NCBI GenBank assembly: GCA_963579235.1
Contig: CAUZFM010000001.1
Coordinates: forward strand, 1 to 58,637
DNA length: 58,637 bases
Reading direction: 5' to 3'
Origin: an uncultured Candidatus Binatia bacterium
GTDB taxonomy: Bacteria; Desulfobacterota; Binatia; UBA1149
The notes under the pieces are model-generated. The model saw only the letters and a list, made by a program, of their open reading frames with translations, was not told where the DNA came from and did not search any database. The position numbers and the translations under genes are program-made. Shown here piece after piece: positions 47,235 to 57,050 of this stretch (position 1 is its first letter; the number at the start of each line of letters is the position of its first letter).

Positions 47235-48026
47235 TCAGGCGGGCGGAAACAGCGGCGAGCTCAGCAGCCCGGCGCGCGCCAACCTGAATTGCACGCCCGT
47301 GCGCAGGCAGCCCAGACCGTACACCACGCTGCGGCGAAAATTAATGGACGACGCTTCGTTGCAGTAGCTGGTAGGGCAGCTGATCTCGGCCACCGTGTAT
47401 CCGAACCACATGACCTGGGCCAACATCTGGTTGTCAAAAACAAAATCGTCGGAATTGGCGTCCAGCGGCAACTCCTCGAGCAGTTTCCTGGAGAAGGCGC
47501 GGTAGCCGCTGTGCAGCTCGGACAGTTTTGACCCCATCAGCAAGTTGCCGACCGCCGTGAGAAAGCGATTGGCAATGTACCGCCACAGCGGCATGCCCCC
47601 CTTGAGCGCGTAGCCACCGAGCACGCGCGAACCCATGGCGCAGGGATGCAGACCGCTGCCTATCACCGCTACCATCGCGGGAATCAACCTGGGCGTGTAC
47701 TGGTAGTCGGGGTGTACCATCACGACTATGTCGGCGCCTTCTTCAAGGGCGAGACGATAGCAACTTTTCTGGTTGGCTCCGTAGCCGAGATTGTTGTCGT
47801 GCCTGAGCACGGTCGTATCGGGAAACGTCCGCGCTATGGCAGCGGTCTGGTCGGCGCTGCCGTCGTCGACCACGATCACCCGGTCAACCACGCCCTGGGC
47901 CATGACCTCTTCCCAGGTGCGACGCAATGTAGTCTCCGCGTTGTACGCGGGCATGACCACTATGATTTTATTTTCCCGGTACACCGACGCCCCCCTGCCC
48001 CCAACGAGTATACCAAGTACGGCCAA
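47235..48026 (-). CDS. Family 2 glycosyltransferase (polyprenol-phosphate sugar transferase-like)
   Basis: IIVVMPAYNAETTL, VIVVDDGSADQT and the HPDYQYTP region. Confidence 0.85.
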   Translation of the reverse strand: MAVLGILVGGRGASVYRENKIIVVMPAYNAETTLRRTWEEVMAQGVVDRVIVVDDGSADQTAAIARTFPDTTVLRHDNNLGYGANQKSCYRLALEEGADIVVMVHPDYQYTPRLIPAMVAVIGSGLHPCAMGSRVLGGYALKGGMPLWRYIANRFLTAVGNLLMGSKLSELHSGYRAFSRKLLEELPLDANSDDFVFDNQMLAQVMWFGYTVAEISCPTSYCNEASSINFRRSVVYGLGCLRTGVQFRLARAGLLSSPLFPPA

Positions 48027-48050
48027 CGTGTACCGACATCGGGTAAAACA

Positions 48051-49049
48051 TCAGTCGGCGCCGGCCTGAACGGCTGGCACGGTCACGAACTCGTGGTAGC
48101 GCAGGTCGGCGCGGTCGGCCTCCCGCACCGACCTGAGATCGTGGCCCGGGACCACCAGCACACCGCCCTCGTCTTCGAGCAAGCCCACGAAACGATTTAT
48201 GCGCCAGGCCTGTTGCCACCAGTCGTCCATGTCCTGGGCAAAGGCCGGCTGTGCCACGTAGCGCCAGCTGGCCTCGGTGTAAGCTGCATCGCCGGTGAGC
48301 AGTATCACCCCGCCGCGGCCCCTCAGTACCAGTCCCTGCGTGCCCGCGGTGTGGCCATGCAGGTCTACGAGCACGGCACTGCCGTCGCCGAATACGTCGT
48401 AGTGCCCGTCAAAAGTTGCCCAGGGTTCGGTGGCCGCGTAGTCGATAACCGTGCGCCGCTCAATGTCGTCCCAGTCCTGCTCGAAGAAAAAATCCTCGAA
48501 CCAGCGGGCACCCCACGCGCCCTCTTCCTCGCGGCGCGGCAACAGCAGGGTGGCCCCGGCAAAGGCCTCCACGCTTCCCGCGTGGTCAAAATGCAAGTGC
48601 GAGACCGCCACGTAGCCGACGTCAGCGGGGTCCAGCCCCGCCGCCACCATCTGCTCGGGCAAGGACTGCCCGGGCTCGGTATGACAGAGATCGAGCGCCG
48701 CCAGCAGTGGGCCCAGGTACTGCTCCGGGCGTTCCCTTACTGCAGGTGAGTAACCGGTGTCGAACACCAGCAGGCCCTTGCTCTCGTGCTCGACCACGAA
48801 GGCAGGGACAGGGATTTCACTGGCCTCCTGCCAACTTCCGCCCCTGGCCATGGCGCCGGGCAGGCTACGCATGGTGCCGGTGTTAAACGCGTGCAGCAGC
48901 AGATCTACCGGTTCGTGGGCCTGCTCCCAACCCCGCAGCACGGGCTCTATTCGCGGTACCCGTCGTTGATCTGCGCAGCCCGGCAGGAGGGTAGCGATCA
49001 ACAGGCAACACGAAAGAAAACGCAGAGGCGCGTAGAAAGGAGAGGTCAT
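48051..49049 (-). CDS. Metallo-beta-lactamase-fold hydrolase lipoprotein (N-acyl-homoserine-lactonase-like)
   Basis: The start is taken at MTSPFYAPLRFLSCCLLIATLLPGC (lipobox). It has the HxHxDH motif VSHLHFDHAGS and a distal LHGHTAG. The upstream 187 aa of the track ORF are Arg-rich and overlap the next gene. Confidence 0.8.
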   Translation of the reverse strand: MTSPFYAPLRFLSCCLLIATLLPGCADQRRVPRIEPVLRGWEQAHEPVDLLLHAFNTGTMRSLPGAMARGGSWQEASEIPVPAFVVEHESKGLLVFDTGYSPAVRERPEQYLGPLLAALDLCHTEPGQSLPEQMVAAGLDPADVGYVAVSHLHFDHAGSVEAFAGATLLLPRREEEGAWGARWFEDFFFEQDWDDIERRTVIDYAATEPWATFDGHYDVFGDGSAVLVDLHGHTAGTQGLVLRGRGGVILLTGDAAYTEASWRYVAQPAFAQDMDDWWQQAWRINRFVGLLEDEGGVLVVPGHDLRSVREADRADLRYHEFVTVPAVQAGAD

Positions 49050-49078
49050 TTTACAGCGACTGACTGTAACGGGGGAGG

Positions 49079-49447
49079 TCAGGAATTCCAGTAGCAGCCG
49101 AAGGGGTCGCGAGAGATCTCGCCGACGCAGTCGGCAAGCGAACCCTCGACCGCGTCTCCGCGATCGTCGTAGTAAGCCGCCCAACGCCCGTTGCCCTTTT
49201 TCCAGAAGAGCTTGTAGCCGCTTTCTTTCTCCGGCCTCAACTGGGCAATGCGGTGATCGACGATGTCGCCATTGCACCCATCGCGAAAGCGATGCACCAC
49301 CGTGATGACTCCCGCCACCGAACACCTGGCCGTGAGTATTCCCCTGGGTCCTACTCTCCAGCCGAGTACGCGTCGGACGAAGGGGGCCATAAACTCGTGC
49401 ACCGATGCGATGCGTTGGGTTTTCTTGCGAGCGGAGGAACGTGCCAT
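49079..49447 (-). CDS. Hypothetical protein (DUF3024-like?)
   Basis: RIAQLRPEKESGYKLFWKKGNGRWAAYYD resembles my recollection of DUF3024. Start is uncertain. Confidence 0.4.
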   Translation of the reverse strand: MARSSARKKTQRIASVHEFMAPFVRRVLGWRVGPRGILTARCSVAGVITVVHRFRDGCNGDIVDHRIAQLRPEKESGYKLFWKKGNGRWAAYYDDRGDAVEGSLADCVGEISRDPFGCYWNS

Positions 49448-49627
49448 ACACAATGACAGTAGCCTCGGCGGCCGTAGCGGGCAAGTTCTCCCTCCCTTTC
49501 GGACACAGCGCATGTGCCCAGACCACTCCAAGATCGTTCAAACAACGGGGGTTGCCCATGCATGGCGCAACTGGTTTCAATCCCCTGCAGGCACACGTAA
49601 ACTCTACCACTTACGAGTGAGACAGGC

Positions 49628-50710
49628 ATGAGAAAAATGAAGGTAGCCATTGTTGGAGCCACGGGTATTGCGGGGCAGCAATTCGTCGCGGCCCTGGCCG
49701 AGCACCCCTGGTTCAGGATAGCGCGGCTGGGGGCTTCCCCCCGTTCGGCCGGGAAAAAATACGGTGACGCCCTGCGTGATGAAGCCAGTGGTTCACTGCG
49801 CTGGTGGGCTGGCGGCAGTCCCCCCGAATCTGTGCTCGGCATGACCGTGGAGAACGGGGAAGACCTGAAACTGGACAACGTCGACCTCGTGTTCTCGGCG
49901 GTGGAATCCGACGTCGCCGCCGACCTCGAACCGATGTACGCGCAGACCACCCCAGTGGTGAGCACCGCCTCCGCCTTTCGCTACGAAGACGACGTGCCGC
50001 TGTTGCTGCCCGGCGTCAGCCTGCAACAGGCCACCTTGCTACGCCGCCAACAGAAGAACCGTGGCTGGAAAGGATTCATCCTGCCCCAGCCTAACTGCAC
50101 CGTTACTGGCCTGGCCATAACCCTGAAGCCGCTGGACGAACGCTTCGGGGTCAAAAAAGTATCGATGGTTTCCATGCAGGGCATTTCGGGGGCCGGCCGG
50201 TCGCCGGGAGTAGCCGCGCTGGACGTTATAGACAACGTCATTCCTTACATTCCCTCGGAAGAAGAAAAAGTTACGGCCGAGGCCCGCAAGCTGCTGGGCA
50301 AGGTCGTCGCCGGCAAGCTCGTGGAATCGTCGGTGAAGGTGTCGTGCACCTGTACGCGGGCGGCAGTGCTCGAAGGCCACACCGAGGCCGTATCGCTGGA
50401 ACTCGAACGTCCTGCGACACCTGCCCAGGCAGCCGCGGTTCTGCGCACGGCGGGCAAGCGGGCGGCGCGGCTCCAGCTACCTTCGATGCCCGAAACGCTG
50501 ATATACGTGCACGACGACCCTTTCAGGCCCCAGCCCAGGCTCGACCGCGACGCCGGTGACGGTATGACCACCTCGGTGGGCCGAATCCGCGAAGAGCCGC
50601 TGTACCGGCACGGTCTGCGCTACATGCTGGTGTCACACAACACCAAGATGGGCGCGGCCAAGGGAGCCCTGCTCACAGCCGAGTACCTGCTCGACCGCGG
50701 CATACTCTGA
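49628..50710 (+). CDS. asd: Aspartate-semialdehyde dehydrogenase
   Basis: MKVAIVGATGIAGQQF and active-site PNCTVTGLAITLKPL. 360 aa. The start may be the ATG 9 nt downstream. Confidence 0.88.
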   Translation: MRKMKVAIVGATGIAGQQFVAALAEHPWFRIARLGASPRSAGKKYGDALRDEASGSLRWWAGGSPPESVLGMTVENGEDLKLDNVDLVFSAVESDVAADLEPMYAQTTPVVSTASAFRYEDDVPLLLPGVSLQQATLLRRQQKNRGWKGFILPQPNCTVTGLAITLKPLDERFGVKKVSMVSMQGISGAGRSPGVAALDVIDNVIPYIPSEEEKVTAEARKLLGKVVAGKLVESSVKVSCTCTRAAVLEGHTEAVSLELERPATPAQAAAVLRTAGKRAARLQLPSMPETLIYVHDDPFRPQPRLDRDAGDGMTTSVGRIREEPLYRHGLRYMLVSHNTKMGAAKGALLTAEYLLDRGIL

Positions 50711-50739
50711 AGAGCAAAGCAGCGGATTCGACTCAGCCC

Positions 50740-52128
50740 ATGTCGGTTTCGCCTCCCCCTCTACGCCCCGCCCTGCTCCCGGACAAGCCGCGTGGCTTCA
50801 TCCGCCTGCTCGGCCCCGGCGTCATGCTCGTCGGCCTGGCCATTGGCGCGGGCGAGCTGGTCATCTGGCCCGTTACCACGGCCCGCTTCGGCGCCACGGT
50901 GGCATGGGCCGCCGTGCTCGGCGTGAGCCTGCAACTGATCATCAACCTGGAGGTAGGCCGCTACACCCTGGCCACGGGCGAAAGCGCCTACGGGGCCCTG
51001 GCCCGCCGGGGGCGCGGCTGGGTGCCGGTGTTCCTGCTGCTCAACGTCGTGTCGTGGATACTGCCCGGCTGGGCGCGCACCTGCGCAGGCGCCGTCAAGG
51101 TGCTCGTGGTCGGGCTCGATGGCCCCGGCGATCCCTGGGTCTGGACGGCGCTCACCTTCGCCATCGTGGCGCTGGTCATGTTCGGGCCGCGCAACGTCTA
51201 CGGGTGGATGGAAAAAATCGTCACCGCCCTGGTCGTCTTCATGCTGCTGGGCCTGCTGGTGATAGTGGCCAGGCTGGGCAACGGCGAGACCGTCGCTGAG
51301 CTCGCCCGCGGCATAGCCTCGGTAGGCGTAAAGCCACCCGACATGCCGCTCTACCAACTGCTGTCAGCCGTCGTCTTTGCCGGCGCCGGGGGAACCGCCA
51401 ACCTGTTGTTCTCCTATTACCTACGCGACAAGGGCTGGGGAATGTGCGGGCGCCTGGCCGATTCGGGCGAATCAAACGAAGCCTGGATCCCCGACGATAA
51501 CAGCGTAAACGCCGACCGCTGGAGCCGCTGGTTCAAACATATGGCCCGTGACCAGGTGATCTTTTTCTGGCTCACCAACCTCGTGACGATACTGTTGTTT
51601 ATCTTTGCCGCACTGGCGGTGCTGCACCCGGCCGGCATCGTCCCGTCCAACGAGGCCTTGCTCTACGAAGAGGCGGTGCTGTTGGACACGGTGTGGGGGC
51701 CGGGAGGAAAAATCCTCTTCATGGTCATAGGTATCGCCTGCCTGTTCACCACCCAGCTCACCTTGCTCGACGGCGTGGCTCGCAGCTGCGCAGACCTGCT
51801 GCGCAATAACTACCGTTGGAGCCGCCGCTGGAGCCTCAAGGAATGGTACCGGGGCATAGCCCTGGGTTGGATGGTGGTGGGCACCGCGCTCACCTGGACA
51901 TGGGGAGCGCTGCCCCCGTTTGTCTTCCTGCTCTCGGCCGGCTTCTTCGGCGGCATAGCCATGGCAGTCTACTGCCCCCTGCTGCTGTGGAGCAACATCC
52001 GTGAATTACCCGAGTTGTGCCGGCCCTCGATGACCGCGCGACTGGCCATGTCGGGCGTGAGCCTGTTCTACATCGTGTTTGCCACCATCTCGGTGGGCGT
52101 GGTAGTTCAACAGTTGTTCGCGGGCTGA
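50740..52128 (+). CDS. Nramp-family divalent metal transporter
   Basis: 462 aa, 11-12 TM, with LLGPGVMLVGLAIGAGELVIWP similar to the Nramp DPGN-region context. Confidence 0.8.
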   Translation: MSVSPPPLRPALLPDKPRGFIRLLGPGVMLVGLAIGAGELVIWPVTTARFGATVAWAAVLGVSLQLIINLEVGRYTLATGESAYGALARRGRGWVPVFLLLNVVSWILPGWARTCAGAVKVLVVGLDGPGDPWVWTALTFAIVALVMFGPRNVYGWMEKIVTALVVFMLLGLLVIVARLGNGETVAELARGIASVGVKPPDMPLYQLLSAVVFAGAGGTANLLFSYYLRDKGWGMCGRLADSGESNEAWIPDDNSVNADRWSRWFKHMARDQVIFFWLTNLVTILLFIFAALAVLHPAGIVPSNEALLYEEAVLLDTVWGPGGKILFMVIGIACLFTTQLTLLDGVARSCADLLRNNYRWSRRWSLKEWYRGIALGWMVVGTALTWTWGALPPFVFLLSAGFFGGIAMAVYCPLLLWSNIRELPELCRPSMTARLAMSGVSLFYIVFATISVGVVVQQLFAG

Positions 52129-52296
52129 CCCCCGCAAGGGGGTGCCATTGACGCGCAGCGCCGCCGGCGCCGCAGACCGGCTAAGCGGCAAAAGCCGACA
52201 CCCGGTAGGGGAAAATTTAACCCGGCAGGCGAAAACGCATTCCCAGCGGGCCTTTCGGGCGCTAGAATGTAAGACTGCGGACAGGTCCGCGAGCAC

Positions 52297-53196
52297 ATGT
52301 ACCAGCGCCTGAAACAGTTCATTATCCGCCGACTGACGACCATCCTTGTCAGGGAACGCATGGGTTACCGGCAACTGCTGCCCAGTGACATGGGTCGCCT
52401 GCGCGATGTCATACAGCCCGGTGACGTCCTGCTGGTGGACGGAAGCCAGCGCATAAGCGAAGTTATCAAGTACCTGACGCAGAGTTCGTGGTCGCACTCG
52501 GCGCTCTACGTCGGCGACGCGCTGCTCAAGCGAGGTGGGCCCCAGGCCGATGAGCTTCACCGCTTGTACGGCGACGAAGCCTCGACACTACTCGTCGAGG
52601 CCACTGTCGAGACCGGCGTCGCCCCTGCTCCGCTGTCAAAATACCGCAACCACAACGTGAGAATCTGCCGCCCCTTCAAGCTGCGACCTGGGGACCTCAA
52701 TACGGTGCTCGCCACTGTCATCGACCAGATAGGCTCGAAGTACAACATCGAGCAGATATTCGACCTGCTTCGGTACTTCTTTCCGGTGACCCTTGTCCCC
52801 AAGCGCTTCCGGCACAGCATGCTCGAGCACGCGGGTACCCTGTCCAAGGAAGTAATTTGCTCGGCGCAGATAACCGCTGCCTTTCAAAAGGTACGTTACC
52901 CGGTACAACCACTGGTGACCTCGCCGCGGGTTTCCGGACGCGTACAGGTAGACACCGGCAAGCCACGAAAGAAGTGGTTCGGCCGGGCAGAACCCGACCT
53001 CGTCAGCGACGGGGTCTTCACAGCCTGCGACCCCAACCTGGTCACACCACGGGACTTCGACCTGTCACCCTACTTTGAAGTGGTAAAATCCGACCTGCTG
53101 GGCAACCGCAACTTTGACTACCGCAAGATCGTGTGGGCCGGCAGCGACGACGGCGAAGCAGAAGTGACCGACGAAGAACTGCTCGAGACCGGCTGA
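52297..53196 (+). CDS. Hypothetical protein, possibly a YiiX/YaeF-type permuted papain-fold (C92-like) hydrolase
   Basis: GDVLLVDGSQRISEVIKYLTQSSWSHSALYVG and a later VICSAQITAAF resemble the His...Cys order of permuted NlpC/P60-like enzymes. Weak. Confidence 0.4.
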   Translation: MYQRLKQFIIRRLTTILVRERMGYRQLLPSDMGRLRDVIQPGDVLLVDGSQRISEVIKYLTQSSWSHSALYVGDALLKRGGPQADELHRLYGDEASTLLVEATVETGVAPAPLSKYRNHNVRICRPFKLRPGDLNTVLATVIDQIGSKYNIEQIFDLLRYFFPVTLVPKRFRHSMLEHAGTLSKEVICSAQITAAFQKVRYPVQPLVTSPRVSGRVQVDTGKPRKKWFGRAEPDLVSDGVFTACDPNLVTPRDFDLSPYFEVVKSDLLGNRNFDYRKIVWAGSDDGEAEVTDEELLETG

Positions 53197-53275
53197 CTAT
53201 CCCGGCCGCGATGGCGACGATCAGCGGGCCGCCAGTGGAGAACAGGGATAACTACCCCTGCAGGTGGCGGCTGCC

Positions 53276-53749
53276 TCAACCGGGCTTGAAGTCGGATAAC
53301 TCCGGGGTGTCGAAGAGATAGGCGCAATCCCATTCGAGCCCTGCGGCGCTGACCATGAGTTCCATCTCCCGCCGGTACGCCTCGCGGCTGAAACCTTCGA
53401 TCGCCGACCCCAACGACTCTCCATCGAGCTGCAGCAGTACCGGCACCGAGGCCAGGCCCAGCTCGGTCGACAGCGGCCAGCCGGGGTTATCCAAGTACAC
53501 CGGCATGGTTATCTTGTTGTCGCGAACAAAGTCCTCGGTCTCCTCGAGGCTGTCCTGGGACACGGCCACGATGTCGATAATGCCTTCACCCCGGCGATAG
53601 ATCTGCTCGAGCAGGGGCAGGGCGACGCGGCAGGTGGGACAGCCGTCCTTGTAGAGCAGCAGCACCCTGCGCCCCTGCCCCGGTAGATCCGCCACCTCGT
53701 CGGATCCCAGCCTGGGCAGTTGTCTCGTTTGCAGCTCGGCCACGGACAA
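53276..53749 (-). CDS. Thioredoxin-fold (TlpA/redoxin-like) protein
   Basis: VLLLYKDGCPTCRVALPLL (CxxC). 157 aa. No signal peptide seen. Confidence 0.75.
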   Translation of the reverse strand: MSVAELQTRQLPRLGSDEVADLPGQGRRVLLLYKDGCPTCRVALPLLEQIYRRGEGIIDIVAVSQDSLEETEDFVRDNKITMPVYLDNPGWPLSTELGLASVPVLLQLDGESLGSAIEGFSREAYRREMELMVSAAGLEWDCAYLFDTPELSDFKPG

Positions 53750-53847
53750 AGTTTAGCCCCGGTCTGGCTTACACGCCAGCGCAAGCCCGTTGCTGGTCGC
53801 GGCAGCAGGCACCCGGCTGGTGAAACAGCTACGCGGGCAGGCTAGTA

Positions 53848-55668
53848 TTGCGCGTCGTGTCGACGCCGCCCTCACCAGTTCCAAGCGCTTCGCAGGCGCC
53901 AGCCACGCTGGCCACTACCAGCCCAGCCACTGCCGCCTCTACAGCCGCAACGCCCACCGCGGGCCACAAGCGGGGCTGGCTCCTGCTGCTGCCCCTGCTG
54001 CTGACGCTGACCTCGCTGCTCTACGTCGTACCGATTTCGCAGGTCCCCTTTTACACCAAGGGTGAACCCCGCGAAGCCATCGTCGTGCAGGCCATCATAG
54101 AAAACGGGGACTGGATACTGCCGCTGAGGAACGGCCACGAGATACCGTCGAAACCACCGCTGTTTCACTGGCTGGGTGCGCTCGTGAGCCTAGCCGTGGG
54201 TTTCGTTTCGGAATGGACAACGCGCCTGCCCTCCGCCGCGGCGTCGATAGCCTGCGCTGCCGCCGTTGCCGCCGCCGCCGCCAGATTCTTCGGACCACTG
54301 GCCGCCTTCCTCTCGACCCTGGTGCTGCTCACCACCGTGCAGTGGACTATCTCGGCAACCACCGCGCGCGTGGACATGGTACTGGCCGCGACTACGACCG
54401 GCGCGCTGCTGTTTTTCATGCGCGACTACCTGGGTGAACGCAGACCGCTGTCGTTGGGTTTCTACGCCTGCGCGACCCTGGCCGTGCTGGCAAAGGGACC
54501 GGTAGGCCTGGTGATCCCGGTGGCCGTTATTGCCTGCTTCCTGCTGCTGCGCGGCGACCGCGAATACCTGCGACGGCTGCGCCCCGGCAAGGGCCTGGCG
54601 ATCCTGTCGCTGGCGGCGGCCTGGTACCTGGCAGCCAGCTGGGAAGGGGGGATGCCCTTTTTTGAAAAGCTCGTCTTGAAGGAGAACCTGCGGCGATTTG
54701 TCAGTGCCCAGGCGTCGGGCGCGGGCCACGTACACTCCCCGCTCTACTATCTGCCCGCCCTGCTTGGTGGCTTTGCGCCGTGGAGCCTGTTCGCGCCCGG
54801 CCTGGTGGTCGGCCTCGTGGCCCGCGCACGCCGCGGAGAGCACGACCAGGCCACCACCCTGTTGCTGTGCTGGTTTGCAGTCACGCTGCTCATCTACTCG
54901 CTGGCCGGATCAAAAAGAGGTGTCTACCTGCTCAGCCTTTATCCCGCGCTGGCCATGCTCTACGGCGCCTGGTGGGCATCGATGGCGACCACCGGCGAGG
55001 GCGAGTCCGACGCGCGGCCCTCGCGCATGCTCTCCTGGCTGGTGAGCCTGGTGGCCGCCGTGCTGGCGCTGCCACTGATCGTGGTGGTCGCGCAAACACT
55101 CGGAGTCGATGTCACCGCCTGGCTGGACCCGCTGCTCAGTCGCAGCGACGCCGCCAACCTGCCGGTCATCCGCGACACCATCGTGGCCAATCCCGTGGCC
55201 TGCGTTGCCTGGTCGGGCACTGTGCTGCTGAGCGCGAGCGGCGCGGTGGCAGCCCTTGCCCGGCGCAAGCCGGTCGCGTCGGCGCTGCTGCTTGCTTCGG
55301 CCGTCGCCGTGTCGCAACTCATGCTGCCGCTGGTGTTTCAACGCCAGCTCGGACGAGAGCAGGGCCTGCGCGATTTTATGTCGAGGGTCAACGTGCAGCT
55401 TCCCGAAAAAGACGCTCCAATGTTTTTCTACCGCGGCGTTGACTACGGGGCCGTCTTCTACGCCGGTCGCAACGTATACCGCGTGGACGAACACCTGCCC
55501 TTGTTCGATGAACAGGACACCTGGCTGCTGGTAAACGAGAATTCCCTGCCGCCCGCTGGCGACTATCACTTGCAGGAGGTTCTGCGCTATACCTACGGCG
55601 ACAACCCGGGCAAGGAGGCTCTCCTGTTGGCCAGGGCGAGGCGCGGAGACAAGGGAAAGCGGAAATGA
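53848..55668 (+). CDS. ArnT/PMT-like glycosyltransferase (GT39/GT83, polyprenyl-phosphate-sugar dependent)
   Basis: FYTKGEPREAIVVQAIIENGDWILPLRNGHEIPSKPPLFHWL, more than 10 TM segments, and a soluble C-terminal domain. Start is uncertain. Confidence 0.8.
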   Translation: MRVVSTPPSPVPSASQAPATLATTSPATAASTAATPTAGHKRGWLLLLPLLLTLTSLLYVVPISQVPFYTKGEPREAIVVQAIIENGDWILPLRNGHEIPSKPPLFHWLGALVSLAVGFVSEWTTRLPSAAASIACAAAVAAAAARFFGPLAAFLSTLVLLTTVQWTISATTARVDMVLAATTTGALLFFMRDYLGERRPLSLGFYACATLAVLAKGPVGLVIPVAVIACFLLLRGDREYLRRLRPGKGLAILSLAAAWYLAASWEGGMPFFEKLVLKENLRRFVSAQASGAGHVHSPLYYLPALLGGFAPWSLFAPGLVVGLVARARRGEHDQATTLLLCWFAVTLLIYSLAGSKRGVYLLSLYPALAMLYGAWWASMATTGEGESDARPSRMLSWLVSLVAAVLALPLIVVVAQTLGVDVTAWLDPLLSRSDAANLPVIRDTIVANPVACVAWSGTVLLSASGAVAALARRKPVASALLLASAVAVSQLMLPLVFQRQLGREQGLRDFMSRVNVQLPEKDAPMFFYRGVDYGAVFYAGRNVYRVDEHLPLFDEQDTWLLVNENSLPPAGDYHLQEVLRYTYGDNPGKEALLLARARRGDKGKRK

Positions 55669-57023
55669 GCGACACCGTCGAGCAGGAGCGCGAAGCACAC
55701 GAACGTGTGTTTGCAGCGGTAGCGCGGGCCGATGACCTGGTGCTGCGCCAGGAAACCGCCCGCCTTCACCCCGCCGACATAGCCGAGATCCTCGACCAGC
55801 TCGATGACGATAACGAGCGCCTGGCAGTATTCTCGGTAATCGATGATGACCGCGCGGCCGAGGTCATAAGCAACGTCGGCGAATCAGCCCGCGCGGCCCT
55901 GCTCGCGCGTTTGGGCGACGCGCACATTGCCACGCTGCTCGAAGTCCTCGACAGCGATGACGCCGCTGACCTCCTGGGCGAACTACCCGAAAACCGCAAG
56001 CTGATGCTCCTGCACCGGGCCGACCCGGAAACCCGGCGCGACGTGCAGGGGCTGCTTTCCTACCCCGACGACAGTGCCGGCGGACTTATGAAAACCGAGG
56101 TCGCGTCGGTGGATATTGGAACCACCGTGCGACAGGTGCGCACCTACCTCAGGCAACACCGCGATGATTTTCACGACATTCACAACGTCTTCATCACCGA
56201 CCATAAGAAAAAGCTCGTAGGCTACGTACCCGTCCGCAACCTGGTCATGGCCGACGACGGATCGTCGGTGGACGAGATCCTGCTCAGTGACCTCGTGTCG
56301 GTAAGCGCGACGGTAGACCAGGAAGAAGTGGCGCACCTGTTCGAAAAATACGACCTGCTATCGCTACCGGTGGTCGACGCTTCCGAGCTGCTGGTCGGTT
56401 GCATAACCGTTGACGACGTGGTCGACGTCATTGAAGAAGAAGCCACCGAGGACATGCTCAAGATGGCCGGCGTGGGCGACGAACCGCTGGGCCTGCACGG
56501 GCCCGTAAAGGCCCTGCGCACCCGGCTTCCGTGGCTGGGGCTGAATCTCATGACCGCCACCGTGAGCGCAGCGGCGATCTCGCTGTTCCAGGACACCATA
56601 CACCAGGTGGCCATCGCCGCGGCTTTCATGACGGTAGTGGCCAGCCAGGGCGGCAACGCGGGCGTCCAGACGATGACCCTGGTGGTACGCGGGTTGGTGC
56701 TCGGCGAGCTGAGCCCGCATAACACCCGCCGCATCGTAATGCGCGAACTGACCATAGCCCTGCTCAACGGTGCAGTGCTGGGCTCGGTGGCCGCGGCTAC
56801 TGTCTACGCGTGGACGGGCGACGTAAGGCTGGCCTCGGTCATGGCCACCGCGATGATCATCAACATGCTCATCGCCGCGGCCCTCGGAACGCTCGTGCCC
56901 ATGGGCATGCGACGGCTGGGAGCAGACCCGGCGGTGGCCTCGTCGGTGTTCGTGACGGCGGGAACCGACATGCTCGGCTTCCTCGTCTTCCTCGGCCTGC
57001 TCAGCGTCGCCCTCGGGATCTAA
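55665..57023 (+). CDS. mgtE: Magnesium transporter MgtE
   Basis: N-domain, CBS pair, and TM domain with GNAGVQTMTLVVRGL and FVTAGTDMLGFLVFLGL. ATGA overlap with the ArnT-like gene. Confidence 0.93.
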   Translation: MSDTVEQEREAHERVFAAVARADDLVLRQETARLHPADIAEILDQLDDDNERLAVFSVIDDDRAAEVISNVGESARAALLARLGDAHIATLLEVLDSDDAADLLGELPENRKLMLLHRADPETRRDVQGLLSYPDDSAGGLMKTEVASVDIGTTVRQVRTYLRQHRDDFHDIHNVFITDHKKKLVGYVPVRNLVMADDGSSVDEILLSDLVSVSATVDQEEVAHLFEKYDLLSLPVVDASELLVGCITVDDVVDVIEEEATEDMLKMAGVGDEPLGLHGPVKALRTRLPWLGLNLMTATVSAAAISLFQDTIHQVAIAAAFMTVVASQGGNAGVQTMTLVVRGLVLGELSPHNTRRIVMRELTIALLNGAVLGSVAAATVYAWTGDVRLASVMATAMIINMLIAAALGTLVPMGMRRLGADPAVASSVFVTAGTDMLGFLVFLGLLSVALGI

Positions 57024-57050
57024 TCACCGTCGGGAATATCGCCGCCGGGC

